This document shows positions 11,487 to 22,770 of a stretch of DNA of 32,394 nt, in pieces. The translations under genes and the position numbers were made by a program. Every line of letters starts with the position of its first letter. Within the stretch, counting starts at the first letter, position 1. The notes beneath the pieces were generated by a model. That model did not search any database. It saw only the letters and a list, made by a program, of their open reading frames with translations, and was not told the DNA's origin. Origin of the DNA: Hydrurus foetidus (Eukaryota); NCBI GenBank assembly GCA_900617105.1, contig UYFQ01000694.1, forward strand, positions 1 through 32,394. The letters run 5' to 3'.

Positions 11487-13294
11487 TTCTATTTTGTTCT
11501 GCTAAGACATTTGCTCTTTCCGGAAAATCAGGTTCGAATGTTTCTCCAGCTGGTTCAACATATGGTTGAGCCAATTCTCCCTGGAGTTCATCGGGTGCTG
11601 CCTTTCGATGTAAGAACGGTACATAATGATCTGTGTATACAAATTCACGATCGTACGGTTCTTCATCATTTGTGTATATACTAAAGTCTATTGTTGTGTC
11701 TTTACTTTCACGGATTCGTCCATATTTACCATTTTCATATGGAATTACGAAGTAGTTAGGAAAAAGAAGGAATGTATTTGAACTTAGCTTTATACGCTCT
11801 TCTTGCACCTAATTTGACACGTTCAGCTAGAGGTATGAATACATAGCATGAAGACCAAAAAGGTTGTAAATATTTTATATTTATTGGTTGTCCAGTTATT
11901 TTCATATATGGGGACGTTCCTATTACTTTTGAGAAATTATATGATGCTGTATCGCATGCATATGTCATTGCTAAATCCCAATATATTTGAGGGACTGGAT
12001 TGTCTGGGCTAAGCATTGCAACATTTGTTTTCGCTACAATTACTCCTACAGCTCTTTCTGCTACACCACCAGCATGTTTGTCTCTGGATGGTGTGCGCTC
12101 GAGTTGATATCCTTTTGAACTAACAAATGCTGAGAATTCATTTGATCTATAATTTCTTTCTGGGTCAAGTCGAATGAACCGTCGAGTATCGGTATCATGG
12201 ACATATTGCCACTCAGGGTGTTGATTAAATAATTTTAGACTCTGAGCACATAGTTCATGAGCAGAGCTATCTTTAGTATAAACCGGATAACAACGACGAC
12301 TTGCTAAATCCGTATAGATGTCACAATGCTTATATCCTCTTGCGGAATAGCAATTGTGTTGATATGCATCCAGAGAGAAACATTGTCCTGGTTTAAAAGG
12401 AAGATCTCTATGTTCTCTTCTGTGATGCATGGTACCATGCACACAACCCTTACAAGGACCGCGTTGTTTATTGGCATCCTCTTCAGTGAATTTTGCATTG
12501 GTAGAATTCTTTAGATGCCACAACATTCCGATATTTCCGGGATGTCCGGTAACCATATGGACGTGGTCATATAATGACACAGGCTTAAATTGTGTCAAAT
12601 ATAATGTTGCGGATTTAGTGTTATTTACTGTTGTTTTATTTAAAGTAGGAGAAGGTGTTTTGTGTACTATATCTTCCTTAATTATAACTTCATTTATAGA
12701 TTTTTCTTCATTTTGATTATATACATAGACACCATTTGATATGTATCCACGAATAATTTCAACACCTAATTTATCTATTAGTGCTAAAGCTTCTCTAATA
12801 GATTCTATTGAGAAACATTGCATTCCTTCCGATGTAAATATAACAACATTCTGTGATCCAGATAATCCGCCATTACATAGTTGGGAGATTGAAATTAGTG
12901 TTTCTTTCATCCCTTCCATAAGTATAATGTCGAGACCTAATGGTCCATATAGTCCTGTCGCTTTTGATTCTATGGCGGGACCAAAAGCTGGAGTTGCTTT
13001 GATACCTTGACCATATATTATGTGACGTAGGAGTGTAGGATCAGATGTGGCACATGTTGACGCACCAGAATCGAATATTATTTGCCCTTGCATTTTCATT
13101 GATTTTATATTATGATTTATTCTTAAAGATTTCAATTTCTTTTCTATTGGTTCTATATTAGTATTTTCATTAATTTCATTTGATTCGCTCATTTTGTCAT
13201 TATCTTCAGATTCATTTAATTTTAATCTTTTGGAATCATGCTCTTTTATTAAACTTTCAAATTTATTCTTATATCTAATTTGTCTTTCTTCCAA
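11416..13294 (-). pseudogene. pol: Copia protease, GAG-pre-integrase and integrase
   Basis: IIFDSGAS; HMVTGH...CKGC; SLDAY / IRLDPER / GGVAERA (DDE); YWDLAM; SPY. Confidence 0.9.
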
Positions 13295-13472
13295 ATTCTC
13301 ATTTGCATATTCATCATCATCACTAATATCTTTTTCAAATTCTGTTATTGAATCTTCATATGTTCTTCACCTTCATTTACATTACTATCGAATTCTGATT
13401 TTGGTTCCGGTTGATTCACATCATATCCTTTTAGTTTTCTGTATTTTCCAAGCTGATTATAATCTACAATTC

Positions 13473-16031
13473 TTACACCTCCAATATATTTAATATATTA
13501 AATTGAGGTGATTGAATAGAATCTATTGACATTGGACTGTCAGGCAGATCTACTCTATCATATGACATATCACTTGATTCGACTTCATTCTCACTTATAT
13601 CCGATGTATGTACATATATTGGTGACAACTCTTCAATTGTTCTCGTTACTACATCTACATCAAATATCGGTGATTGAGCTCTGTCATATAATACTGTCAT
13701 TATTGGTTTCTTTACATATCCTGTTGATGATCTATGTGACTTCATTAATTCATCTACGTCACTCGTTAATTTTGACGACAATGTTCTTTTTACTAAATCA
13801 TTTATTGGTCTTACTAGTCTTGATATTACTAAGAAAGCATCTCCATTTCCAAACATTACAAATGATGGATCATTCTCTTTTAGGATGTCTACTTGTAGTG
13901 ACTTTCTTAATTTTCTTAATAAATCTTCAAAATCAGTAGTTGATTTCTCATGATAATACACAACATGTTGACCAGCAAATGCGACAAAGTCGAATATGAT
14001 TGCGTACAAAACTGTATCAATGAATAATGTGTTATTAATTATTTGATCAAATTGTGTGTAGTGATCGCACTCATTGGGAGTTATTCGCACTCTCATTAAT
14101 GTATTGTGCATACCTTCATTTGACTGATAAGGTGGTGCAGAAGGGTTACCCCAACTTGAAAATGCACGCACTTGATGTTCAGTTTCTGTGTCTTGTGATC
14201 TCATCCAATTTAATCTTTTTATTTGAGCTTTTGAATACCCACCCCGTATACTTGGGTCACCAACCTTCGGTCCTACTGAGTCAATTTGTGCTTGACTTAG
14301 ATCAAATTGTACTGACTTTTTGTATCGAATTGTATTTGGTTGAGGTTGAGGTATTTTATTTTCATTGTCTGGATTCATTTCATGCTTATACTTGCATGTT
14401 GGTCTAGTACAAGTACCTTTTTGAAATCCAAAACAATATCCACCATTTTTAATTGGTCTTTTATTTTCTCCAGTACTTTCAGGTAACGATCTCGCATCTT
14501 GAATTTTATTTTTGTTATTAATATCATAGTTATAATTTGGATTATATTGCGTTTGCTTACCCGGATTTTGCGGAGGATTTGATAAAGCTTGATATTGAGA
14601 TAATTTTGCTTGAGATTGATTCTGAATTGTATTTTGATAGAGAGAATATTCAGAAATACTTGATGTTTCTGGGAAAGATGTTGTACTCGCCATGCGAATG
14701 ACTGCTGTTTCAGGCGGCATTGCATCTGCGACTCTCAACATAATTCCCATTGACTCATTATAACTTGTGTTATTCACGACACATGCAGCAAATGATGAAG
14801 CGATCTGATACCCAAGCCATTTTCTCGACGCCGTTCATCATTCTACTCTGTGCGTGTTCTAGATTAGAGAATAATTGTTCCCGTTGTGAATATTCTAATC
14901 TAAAATGAACACTTGGATTTATTTGGTAATTGTCCAAAGCTTTCCTCGCGAATTTTACGTCTTGTTGTCTTTGCCCAAATATATAAGTGATCATATCACG
15001 ATAGGATTTTTCCGTTTCTTAATTTTTGATTTCTTATTGAAATATTATGGTGCAAAGTCTTAGAAAACATAATGTATACTAGTGAATAGAGTCTATCATT
15101 ATCATGAATATAATGGAATGCATCATCTTCTTCGAGAACTACTCTTTCAATTATTGGTTCCGATGACATTGAATCTATCGATTTCTCATCCTCATATTCT
15201 ACTCTAGGTACTAATATAATTTTCCTATTTGAGAGTCCATGAGTATTTATTTCTGTCATTATTGGCTCGGTACGATGACCTTCAATGAGGGTAAGTAACC
15301 CCGTTGTTGATAGTACCGAGTGTAACAGACGCAGACGATGAAATTTGTCTGGCGTATTTATATCGATGACATATTTGCTTATTTCTGATATTAGCACTGT
15401 TGAATTGCTTTGATAGTGTATTCTCTTCACCATCTTATTACATGATTTCTTTTTGGAATACTTATTCGCTGGTTCATCATCACTGCTACTACTATCTTTA
15501 TCCCAGAAAGCCGCTTCTCGTGGCGTCGATTCCATTTATCATTATTGTTGTTGTTAGAGTCCATTCGACCCTTATTGTTGTTATTGAGGACTCGCTCGAA
15601 AATTTTGTGCGAGGGTTTCCCCCGTTACCCAATCTACTCGAAATTTTACTACTCCTACTTAACGTTTCATCATCGGACGGCACAGGACTTAACGGACGGA
15701 GGTTTGAAGGAATCGCTCTCATCTCAATGCTCCTAGAAGAGGGTTGATCGCCTAACGGCAGATCCACCCTTGGCGCGATGTCGATTAACCCTAGCGGGTT
15801 ATCTATGATCAGGCTCTCATCTCTTAGCAACTGGGTTTGAGCGATCCGTCTATCTAAAGCTGCCCGGAATTGAGGGCTTTCCACATCGATTACATCACCG
15901 ATAAGAGTCTCCTCAATTCCTAATGCAGGAGTCAGGAAGAGAGTATGTATAGTTCTTTCGGGAGGAGGCTGCGGTGGCTCTTCGTCATCTTCGGATGAAA
16001 ATGGTCCCGGACCTTTATTTCCTTTCGCCAT
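13473..16031 (-). pseudogene. gag: Copia-C gag with CCCH finger plus extra uncharacterised region (4+ frameshifted ORFs)
   Basis: ATG at 16031 lies just after the PBS; homology to Copia-B Gag; CFGFQKGTCTRPTCKYKH. Confidence 0.78.
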
Positions 16032-16083
16032 GTTTAACTTAGACGGAGGATTTCTTAAACTAACTTTGAAGTCTTGAAATCTT

Positions 16084-16095
16084 CAATCGCTACCA
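16084..16095 (-). promoter_or_regulatory. Primer-binding site TGGTAGCGATTG (tRNAi-Met type)
   Basis: Abuts the 5' LTR end; identical to 7917-7928. Confidence 0.88.
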
Positions 16096-16292
16096 TGTGA
16101 GTCGCCAGGCATTGGCACGAAGTCGGGAGGACATATCGTGGATGGCCAAACGAAGATAGAAGGTTTGGTTAGAATATTCTTTTTATAGAATTAGAAACTG
16201 GCACGGAGGCCACAAAGCATAAATTTATGTTGCATATCATTTCTACCTGCCGTACAATATAAGATCTCAGACGTCATGTGCATGCAATTTGA
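16096..16292 (-). repeat. Remnant (R/U5 side, 197 bp) of the Copia-C 5' LTR
   Basis: Matches 8944-9140; identity stops abruptly after ...catgcaatttga. Confidence 0.9.
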
Positions 16293-16657
16293 TTACATGC
16301 ACATACTTCGAGTATCACAAAAGTTCTTAATCTACATGATCAGTCAGAACAGATCTTAACACGAGGGTCAATGCATCGCGTGACTGACTTGTAGCATAGC
16401 ATGATGACATGATTTCGATAATTTCTGTTTGACGGAGTCTAGCAAATGCAATTTAGATCTAACTGCAATTTATCCAACACCATTAAACTCACCACGGTCG
16501 ACTTGATCACGAATAGTTCGAAAGTCAGCTGGAAGGTCAATTTGTCAGATCGGTATGTGTCACTGAATATGACCGCATGAGGGCTGAGTATAGTACTCTT
16601 TCGATTTTAGCTTTTATGCACGACGTGGATGTGGGTGTGGTCCCTTGATCTTGCACA

Positions 16658-18512
16658 GGGCCGCGCAGTATTAACTTAAATAAACGCGTCACCAAAAAAA
16701 TCTTTGGGGAGGGGAGGGGAGGGGATATTGGCAAAAGCTTCATTCATTTCAAAAAAATTTATTAATACCTAATCATGAATATTTTAGAGCTTTTTCCTGT
16801 GCGCACCTGTGTTGTTAGTTGCTGTCAGCGAGAAAAATAGAAAATTCGGTAGGTGCTGACGAGAATTAAGTTACCTATTTTTTTATATCATTTTTTTCTG
16901 TTCTGCGCTTTGTCATTGGCAGCAGCTAGCTTATCATTGAAATCATTACAGTTAAGAGATGAGAAATCACCCGGACCAAGCATCAGTTGAAAAGCATTAT
17001 CTGCCTTACAAATATGATTACTGTTCGTAGTTTTCTTACTTCTTGCACTCCTTTTCTAAGATCCCACCACAAAATCCGACTCTACAACATCCGGTTCACT
17101 ATCTAAATCATCTTCATGTGCACTATCAATCCCATTATCATTCCCATCGTTCTCATCGTTCTCAACTCCGTTATTCTCCTCCTCTTCATTAGGCTCAATA
17201 TGATTTCCGATATTCTCCTCCTCTTCAATAGGCTTAGTATGATTATCTTTTTTTCTATTCATTTTCCTCCTGGCTATGACTGTGAATGATTCAACCATCC
17301 CTTATTGTGACACTGCTTGCACAAAGGATAATGATTTATGACTGGCGTATCATCAGAACTGTCCCCGCACACAAAGAATGGGCACCTCGTTTAATGCTAC
17401 CCTCTTCCACCATCCAGCTATCAGTGGAAAAGATAGTTTCACAAGAAACTTTGATTTTGATTATATTATTAACATATAAATAATTATCTACTTCGAAAGG
17501 GGTACCTCTTTTGAGTGCTACCCATCTACACCAGCTAGCTATCAGTGAAGACGATAATTTTCACTGATGGAAACGATTTGCCTCTTCATCGTACGTAGGA
17601 AACAGTTTCAACCTGCAATTGGATTATAGTCGAAATTCTAGAAATTTAGGAGGCACTTTCTGCGATAAGGATATCAATAGTCATGCATTTTAAATGCTAT
17701 CTAAAATCATCAGGGAAAAAAGAGAAGCTGATTGGGCCTGAGGTTGGATGGAGCTGATCAGAGTTCATGGAAACAATTTAAGACCCCACAGCATATCAGG
17801 TGCAAAACGACAGCAGTTCAATCAAATTGTTGACTGTGATGCATCACAAATCAGTAGCCCAAAATTAGGCATCAAAAATAATGACACAATCTGCAATATG
17901 TCATCTATCACACCTTCCGGGACAATAGTTCAGCCGTAAGCCTCGTCAGGACACCTTAAATCTTGATCCCAGAAGAGGAAACAACCTCAATCACTATGGG
18001 GAGATAAATCGAAGGATGAGAAAAATTCGTCTGGAATCGAGATTGTGGCAAAGCACAGGAATAAGGTTTTGAAGAGTCAGAGCAGTCTGAGATTCACGAA
18101 CCTGATAATTAGAGCATGTTGGATCAGGAATCAATCACCAGAAGTTCCTCAAGTACAGAGATGAATGTGCTCTGCCATCGTGTTGGGATACTGATTGTAA
18201 CTTGGATGACTGAAACGCAGAGTTGACATTTCAATTTCCCGTACGAACTCTTCGTAGCGTACGGCGTACGGTAAAAAGTCCGATGTTTCTACTGTAGAAA
18301 ATTAGATGCATTTCCATTCTCTTCGGTTTCCGCGTAAGAAGGTAACACCTTGCTTGGAAGCCCTTGCACTTTGCAGAGCATGGAGAGCCACTAAAGAAGC
18401 TTATTTCGTATTTTTCAAAACTTTCTTACTTTTTCAAAAGTTTTGCCAGGAAATCCTGGGGTGAGGGGGGGGGGGAGGGTGACGCGTTTATTTAAGTAAT
18501 ACTGCGCGGCCC
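16658..18512. mobile_element. Non-autonomous or decayed TIR DNA transposon (~1.85 kb), superfamily uncertain
   Basis: 35-36 bp TIRs GGGCCGCGCAGTATT(A)ACTTAAATAAACGCGTCACC at 16658-16693 and 18478-18512; subterminal G-runs and TGGCAAAA motif at both ends; no intact transposase and no TSD seen. Confidence 0.78.
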
Positions 18513-18536
18513 AGCCTGCTAGACAGTAATTTTCTC

Positions 18537-18586
18537 TTGGCTGTGTGGGGAATTTTTGTGTGTGGGGAAAGTCCCCACACAGCCAA
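18537..18586. repeat. 15-bp inverted repeat TTGGCTGTGTGGGGA with an internal extra TGTGTGGGGA copy
   Basis: 18537-18551 is the reverse complement of 18572-18586. Confidence 0.8.
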
Positions 18587-18730
18587 AAAGGTCCTTTTGG
18601 GGCGAGAAAATATCTGAAGAGAGAAAATTTCTATTGATTTAAGAGGGGTATAAAAGAAGGATATACCGGTTAGACTCTGACCGGTGGTTTCAGTTTTTTA
18701 AGCCGGGTAGTGTCGTTTAACCGGCCGGAG

Positions 18731-18788
18731 TCGAACGGCTGGTATGAAATCGACAGTTGAAACTGTCGATTTCATACCAGCCGTTCGA
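18731..18788. repeat. Perfect 28-bp inverted repeat with a 2-nt spacer upstream of the tyrosine recombinase
   Basis: TCGAACGGCTGGTATGAAATCGACAGTT-GA-AACTGTCGATTTCATACCAGCCGTTCGA. Confidence 0.95.
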
Positions 18789-18853
18789 TACTGCCTGCAG
18801 AATGCACAGAAATTGCACAACAAATCGCCCGAAAAAAAAAGTTTCGAGGAAAA

Positions 18854-19940
18854 ATGCAGCTCACGGACGAGGACTGCTGGAGCAGTTTCGTGGATACGAT
18901 AAAAAGCCGGGACCGATACCGGCGAACGGTCGAGAAATACCAGTGCTGGTGCACTGCAGTAGAGACCACTTGGGAAGATCCTCGCCATGTAGAGCGCTTC
19001 ATCGTCGAGATGCACTCGAACTACTTGGAGAAGCCCAAGAGTGAAAACTCATTCTGCGGTAAGACTTGCTGGAGTATCGTTTCCATGATTTCTGCATATT
19101 TCCAGGCTATCCGCGGAATTAGCCTTACGAAGGAATGCCAATCAATCGAGCACAAGCTCAAGCAGCGGCAGAAGACAGAGAAGATCACCAAGACCAAGAG
19201 CTTCACTTTCGAGGAAGTTATGAGGTATTGGACAGATTTCCCTGATGATTGCACTCATTTAGTGCGAAAAGTCGTGTCAGTAATTGCATTTTTTGGTGTT
19301 TTGTGTTGCGCTGAATACGCTGAAGTTGATTTCGAGGATGTTGACACATCCTTGGTGAACACTTCTGAACCTATGATAATTATTAAGAATGTAGAACGCC
19401 GGAAGAACGTAGTCTGTAAGGTAAGTAGCTTTGGCATCACTCATCCTGTTGCAATTGCAATTATCATGAAATATATAGCCTGCTTCCCGATTGCCGATAG
19501 GCGTGGATTCTTACTTTACAAACGAACACAAGATATGAAAGCCTCCAAGCAGAAAATAGGTAGAAATATGATAGGGGACTACGGCAAGCAGATTGCTGGC
19601 TTTCTCGGTCTGGAGGAGCCAAATCGCTTCACATCCCACTGCTGGAGGCGAAGCAGGGCAAGCTCCCTCGACGAGCACGGGGCGAACGAACAGGAATTGC
19701 AGTCGGCTGGCAACTGGGCTTCAGGAAAAATAGCCATGAGCTACATCTCGGGGTCCTTGACAAGCTGGCCAATATGTTGGCGCCGCAGGATGACCTCGAG
19801 GAGGGTCCACGACCACCTCCCCAACCTCAAACGACGTCCAGCTCTTACGCCCCTGCCGCACCGATTATCGTTCCAACAGCTCCTCCAGTTTACTCATTTT
19901 CTAAGTGCAATAACTGTGTTATAAATGTTGCTCACCAACC
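18854..19940 (+). pseudogene. Tyrosine recombinase of a Crypton-like DNA transposon (inactivated; C-terminus continues at 26072-26135)
   Basis: Box II FTSHCWRR...LQSAGNWASGKIAMSY (H-x-x-R, W, Y). Box I FFGVL[C]CAE has the catalytic Arg replaced (TGT at 19304). Frameshift ~19760 into ...KLANMLAP...FSKCNNCVINV. No RT of its own. Confidence 0.85.
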
Positions 19941-20157
19941 TGTGACGGTACAGGATTTAGTACCACATTCCTACCCTCCGTAGTATCGTATAGTCGTCCG
20001 TACATGTGGCTGAGAGTCCTTCTGACATCTCGCAGCTTGTTAGTTACCTTGCAATGCTTTGCATGCAGAGTTTTACACCTCTGCAAGCTCACCCACCACT
20101 CCTTTCCGTTGCAAGCTAAACTACCTTCCTGCCTCTCCTAGCTTCATTTGGACTACA
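19941..20157 (+). repeat. 5' LTR of Gypsy-D
   Basis: Matches 25851-26067 with 4 C/T differences in 217 bp. Confidence 0.97.
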
Positions 20158-20359
20158 GTAGATCTACTCGTTCCGCTTTCCTTTCTAAATTCTACTACTT
20201 GGCCCCCTACTACCCATCCATCTATTTAGCTAGACTTCTGTCCACGCGGTCCACCGAGTTTTCAGAAGTCCTTCCAAAGCATTTGGTTGGAGAACTCAGG
20301 ATTTGAGCAAACGTTGTCATTTAAACGACACGTTTCGCACGACTTGGCGAAATCGGTGA

Positions 20360-20572
20360 AACATAGGTATCCCCTATCTGAATTTCAACAGCCGATCAAG
20401 ACTCTCAAGCTCCAGAATCTCAAGAGCTTTCAAGATCTTCAAAGGAGGCCTTCAAGATCTTCACGGATTCCCGATTGCTATATCGGTTGCCAGCTCTAAG
20501 CCGTTTCGACGCCAGCTGAAGAACAGAAGTCAATACCTGTTTGAAGCAACATAGGTATCCCCTATCTGAATT
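20360..20572 (+). repeat. 25-bp direct repeat AACATAGGTATCCCCTATCTGAATT (20360, 20548) and clustered TCAAG motifs in the Gypsy-D 5' UTR
   Basis: Exact duplicate; each copy can fold ATAGG-tatcc-CCTAT. Confidence 0.85.
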
Positions 20573-20889
20573 GCAAAAGACTTCGCGGGCGATCATCAAC
20601 AGGACTTCAAGCCTGTTCAAGACTCAAAGCAGCAACGCCTGCTCCTTTGGATTGGCCAACAGGAACCTGTTTGGTGAGCCGAAGACCGGATCTCAAGTGC
20701 CGTTAGTCGAAGACCTTTCATATTTTTCATCTGCTTTAATTTGCTAACCCCATCGATCAGACACCTGTCCAACCGATACGGCACGAGGCAAACCTCTTGC
20801 AAATTTTTTTTCAAGAGGGAAAGATCTTAGAGGAATTTAACTAAGAAGCGCTCCGGTCAAAGCAGCCTGCTTAGCAGCTCTTCAGAAGG

Positions 20890-22770
20890 ATGACACCAGA
20901 GCAGCCACTTCCAACGCCCTCCCCTCCTCCAGAGGTACCGGAATTAACAGAGGAGGAGATCAGGAGGTTTGCGGAAACAGGGAATACGGAACCTCCAAGC
21001 CCGGTTAATGAACTCAACCTTTCATTAACATCACGGGGAGGAGAGACCCAGAACTCCCTGGCTTCGTCAATAACCAAAGCTCTTTCTTTCAACAAGAAAC
21101 TCTTTGTGTTACAGAACACTCTCATCAGCTCGGATCAAGCTGAGAGGTTCCTTGCGCAGGCCGTCACCATGGGCGACTCCATCGACATCCAACAGACAAT
21201 GACAGAGGCGGCCATGGACACACTGGACATGAAAATCCGGTGCGATCCTTCCCTAAAGGTCCTCAACAAGTCGGAGGTTTCCCTGTGGAGGACAAGACTG
21301 TCGCACCTTCAAATCGCTCGTCTTGTCAGCCAGTACTTTGGCAAGCGACACGATGAGAAGAAGACCCTGGCCGAGGTGTTCTCCAAAGTCAAGTTCCAGT
21401 ACTGCATTGATAACGAAGATCATGAGATACTGATGATGGCGGATTACAAGGAGGTCATCAAGGGGTACACCCGTACGGTGGGGGAGATCACTGAGGAACA
21501 ACAGAGGGACCTCATCAAGATCTTCGAGAAGCGTGTCGCGGCGGAAGAGTCCCAGATCCGCCACGACTACTTCGACATGAAGAAGGCAGACAAGGTCGAG
21601 AGGATGGTGGCGTTCGTGTCGAACCCCAACAACCCTCAGACTGAAGACACCTGGTTGACATGCGTCTACAGGTTCTGCAAGACACTCGCAGTCGCACGCC
21701 AGGCGTTATTCAAGGTGGCTCAGTACGGCGATACCTCTATCGTCCACACCTTCCCACCCACTAGCGTCAAGTCCACGGCATCAGCGGTAGGATGGTCTGG
21801 TCCCAGCAACTCCGCTGCGTCAGCCTCCTCTCGATCGTCGGACCTAGTGCAACAAAGGAGCGAGCGCCGAGCGTACAGCACGGATCCGACTGAATGCCAG
21901 TGCTGCGGTTTCGCAACACACCGGGTTGCGGACTGCCCCTTCAAGGGCCTTCATGACACGAACAACCAGTACCACGTGTTATGGGGTGAGTCTGCGATGG
22001 GAAAGGCATGGATGGCTGAGGGTCATGACACCTTCGTAGAGCACCTGTATCTACCAGGATGGGAACTTCGTCGGAAGAAACGCGCGGAGGAGTCCTCAGA
22101 GGATGCGGATACATCCAAGCGAGTCCGTTACAACAGTGAGTCTGAGGACGACCGTCCCGCGCGAGACCGACGCACGCTGCAGGAGCGGGAGAGAGACGAC
22201 CGCGATCTGAACGAACGCAAAGCACGCGAGCGACGCGCAGACCGTGGCCGTTCTTCCAACCGCGAACGCAGTCGTGACAGAGACGATGACCGCCGAGACA
22301 GTCGTAAGTACGACAACAAGAAGGGCGGCGGACAGGGGTCACGCCACAACAGGGCCAGGGGCAGCTCCCAGCCTAGGAGCAGTTCCCAACCAAGATCCAA
22401 CAAAGGAAGTAAGTCTCTAGCTGCTGTAGACTCTGTCCATGCACTCGCGCCTGCATCTGACATTGTTGCTGCCATACAGCCGCTTACTGCGTTACCTGCA
22501 CTTTCAGTTGTCTTACCCATCCCCGTACGTACGGACCTTGTACCCTCGGATGTGCAACCGCCCATCTCGACTAACCCGACTGATTACTTGTCTTGTAATA
22601 TCTTTGCTGTACAGCGTAAAGACACGCAGGACGCGGTAATGGGACATTCGAAACAAGTCGAGGGGGATGCGCTGCTGGACACGGGAAGCTTTCCGGGGAA
22701 TTTCATTTCGCGTGACTGCTTAGTCAGAATGAATGCACTGCATACATCTACACCTCACCTGTTCCCATGA
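20890..22770 (+). CDS. gag: Gypsy-D Gag (CCHC, R/D/S-rich tail) + protease N-terminus
   Basis: CQCCGFATHRVADC knuckle; LLDTGS protease; frameshift at ~22755. Confidence 0.88.
   Translation: MTPEQPLPTPSPPPEVPELTEEEIRRFAETGNTEPPSPVNELNLSLTSRGGETQNSLASSITKALSFNKKLFVLQNTLISSDQAERFLAQAVTMGDSIDIQQTMTEAAMDTLDMKIRCDPSLKVLNKSEVSLWRTRLSHLQIARLVSQYFGKRHDEKKTLAEVFSKVKFQYCIDNEDHEILMMADYKEVIKGYTRTVGEITEEQQRDLIKIFEKRVAAEESQIRHDYFDMKKADKVERMVAFVSNPNNPQTEDTWLTCVYRFCKTLAVARQALFKVAQYGDTSIVHTFPPTSVKSTASAVGWSGPSNSAASASSRSSDLVQQRSERRAYSTDPTECQCCGFATHRVADCPFKGLHDTNNQYHVLWGESAMGKAWMAEGHDTFVEHLYLPGWELRRKKRAEESSEDADTSKRVRYNSESEDDRPARDRRTLQERERDDRDLNERKARERRADRGRSSNRERSRDRDDDRRDSRKYDNKKGGGQGSRHNRARGSSQPRSSSQPRSNKGSKSLAAVDSVHALAPASDIVAAIQPLTALPALSVVLPIPVRTDLVPSDVQPPISTNPTDYLSCNIFAVQRKDTQDAVMGHSKQVEGDALLDTGSFPGNFISRDCLVRMNALHTSTPHLFP

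Larger units (their letters stand above)
8944..16292 (-). mobile_element. Copia-C: near full-length Ty1/Copia LTR retrotransposon, multiply frameshifted, 5' LTR truncated
   Basis: gag-PR-IN-RT-RH order; LTR sequence shared between 8944-9140 and 16096-16292; PBS and PPT present. Confidence 0.93.

Noticed and set aside
16293..16657. Possible decayed coding fragment between Copia-C and the TIR element
   Set aside because: Only short open stretches with no recognisable motif.
20200..20212. TGGCC as a tRNA PBS in Gypsy-D (and at 6067-6071 in Gypsy-A)
   Set aside because: It lies more than 40 nt from the LTR end, whereas a PBS must be within a few nt.
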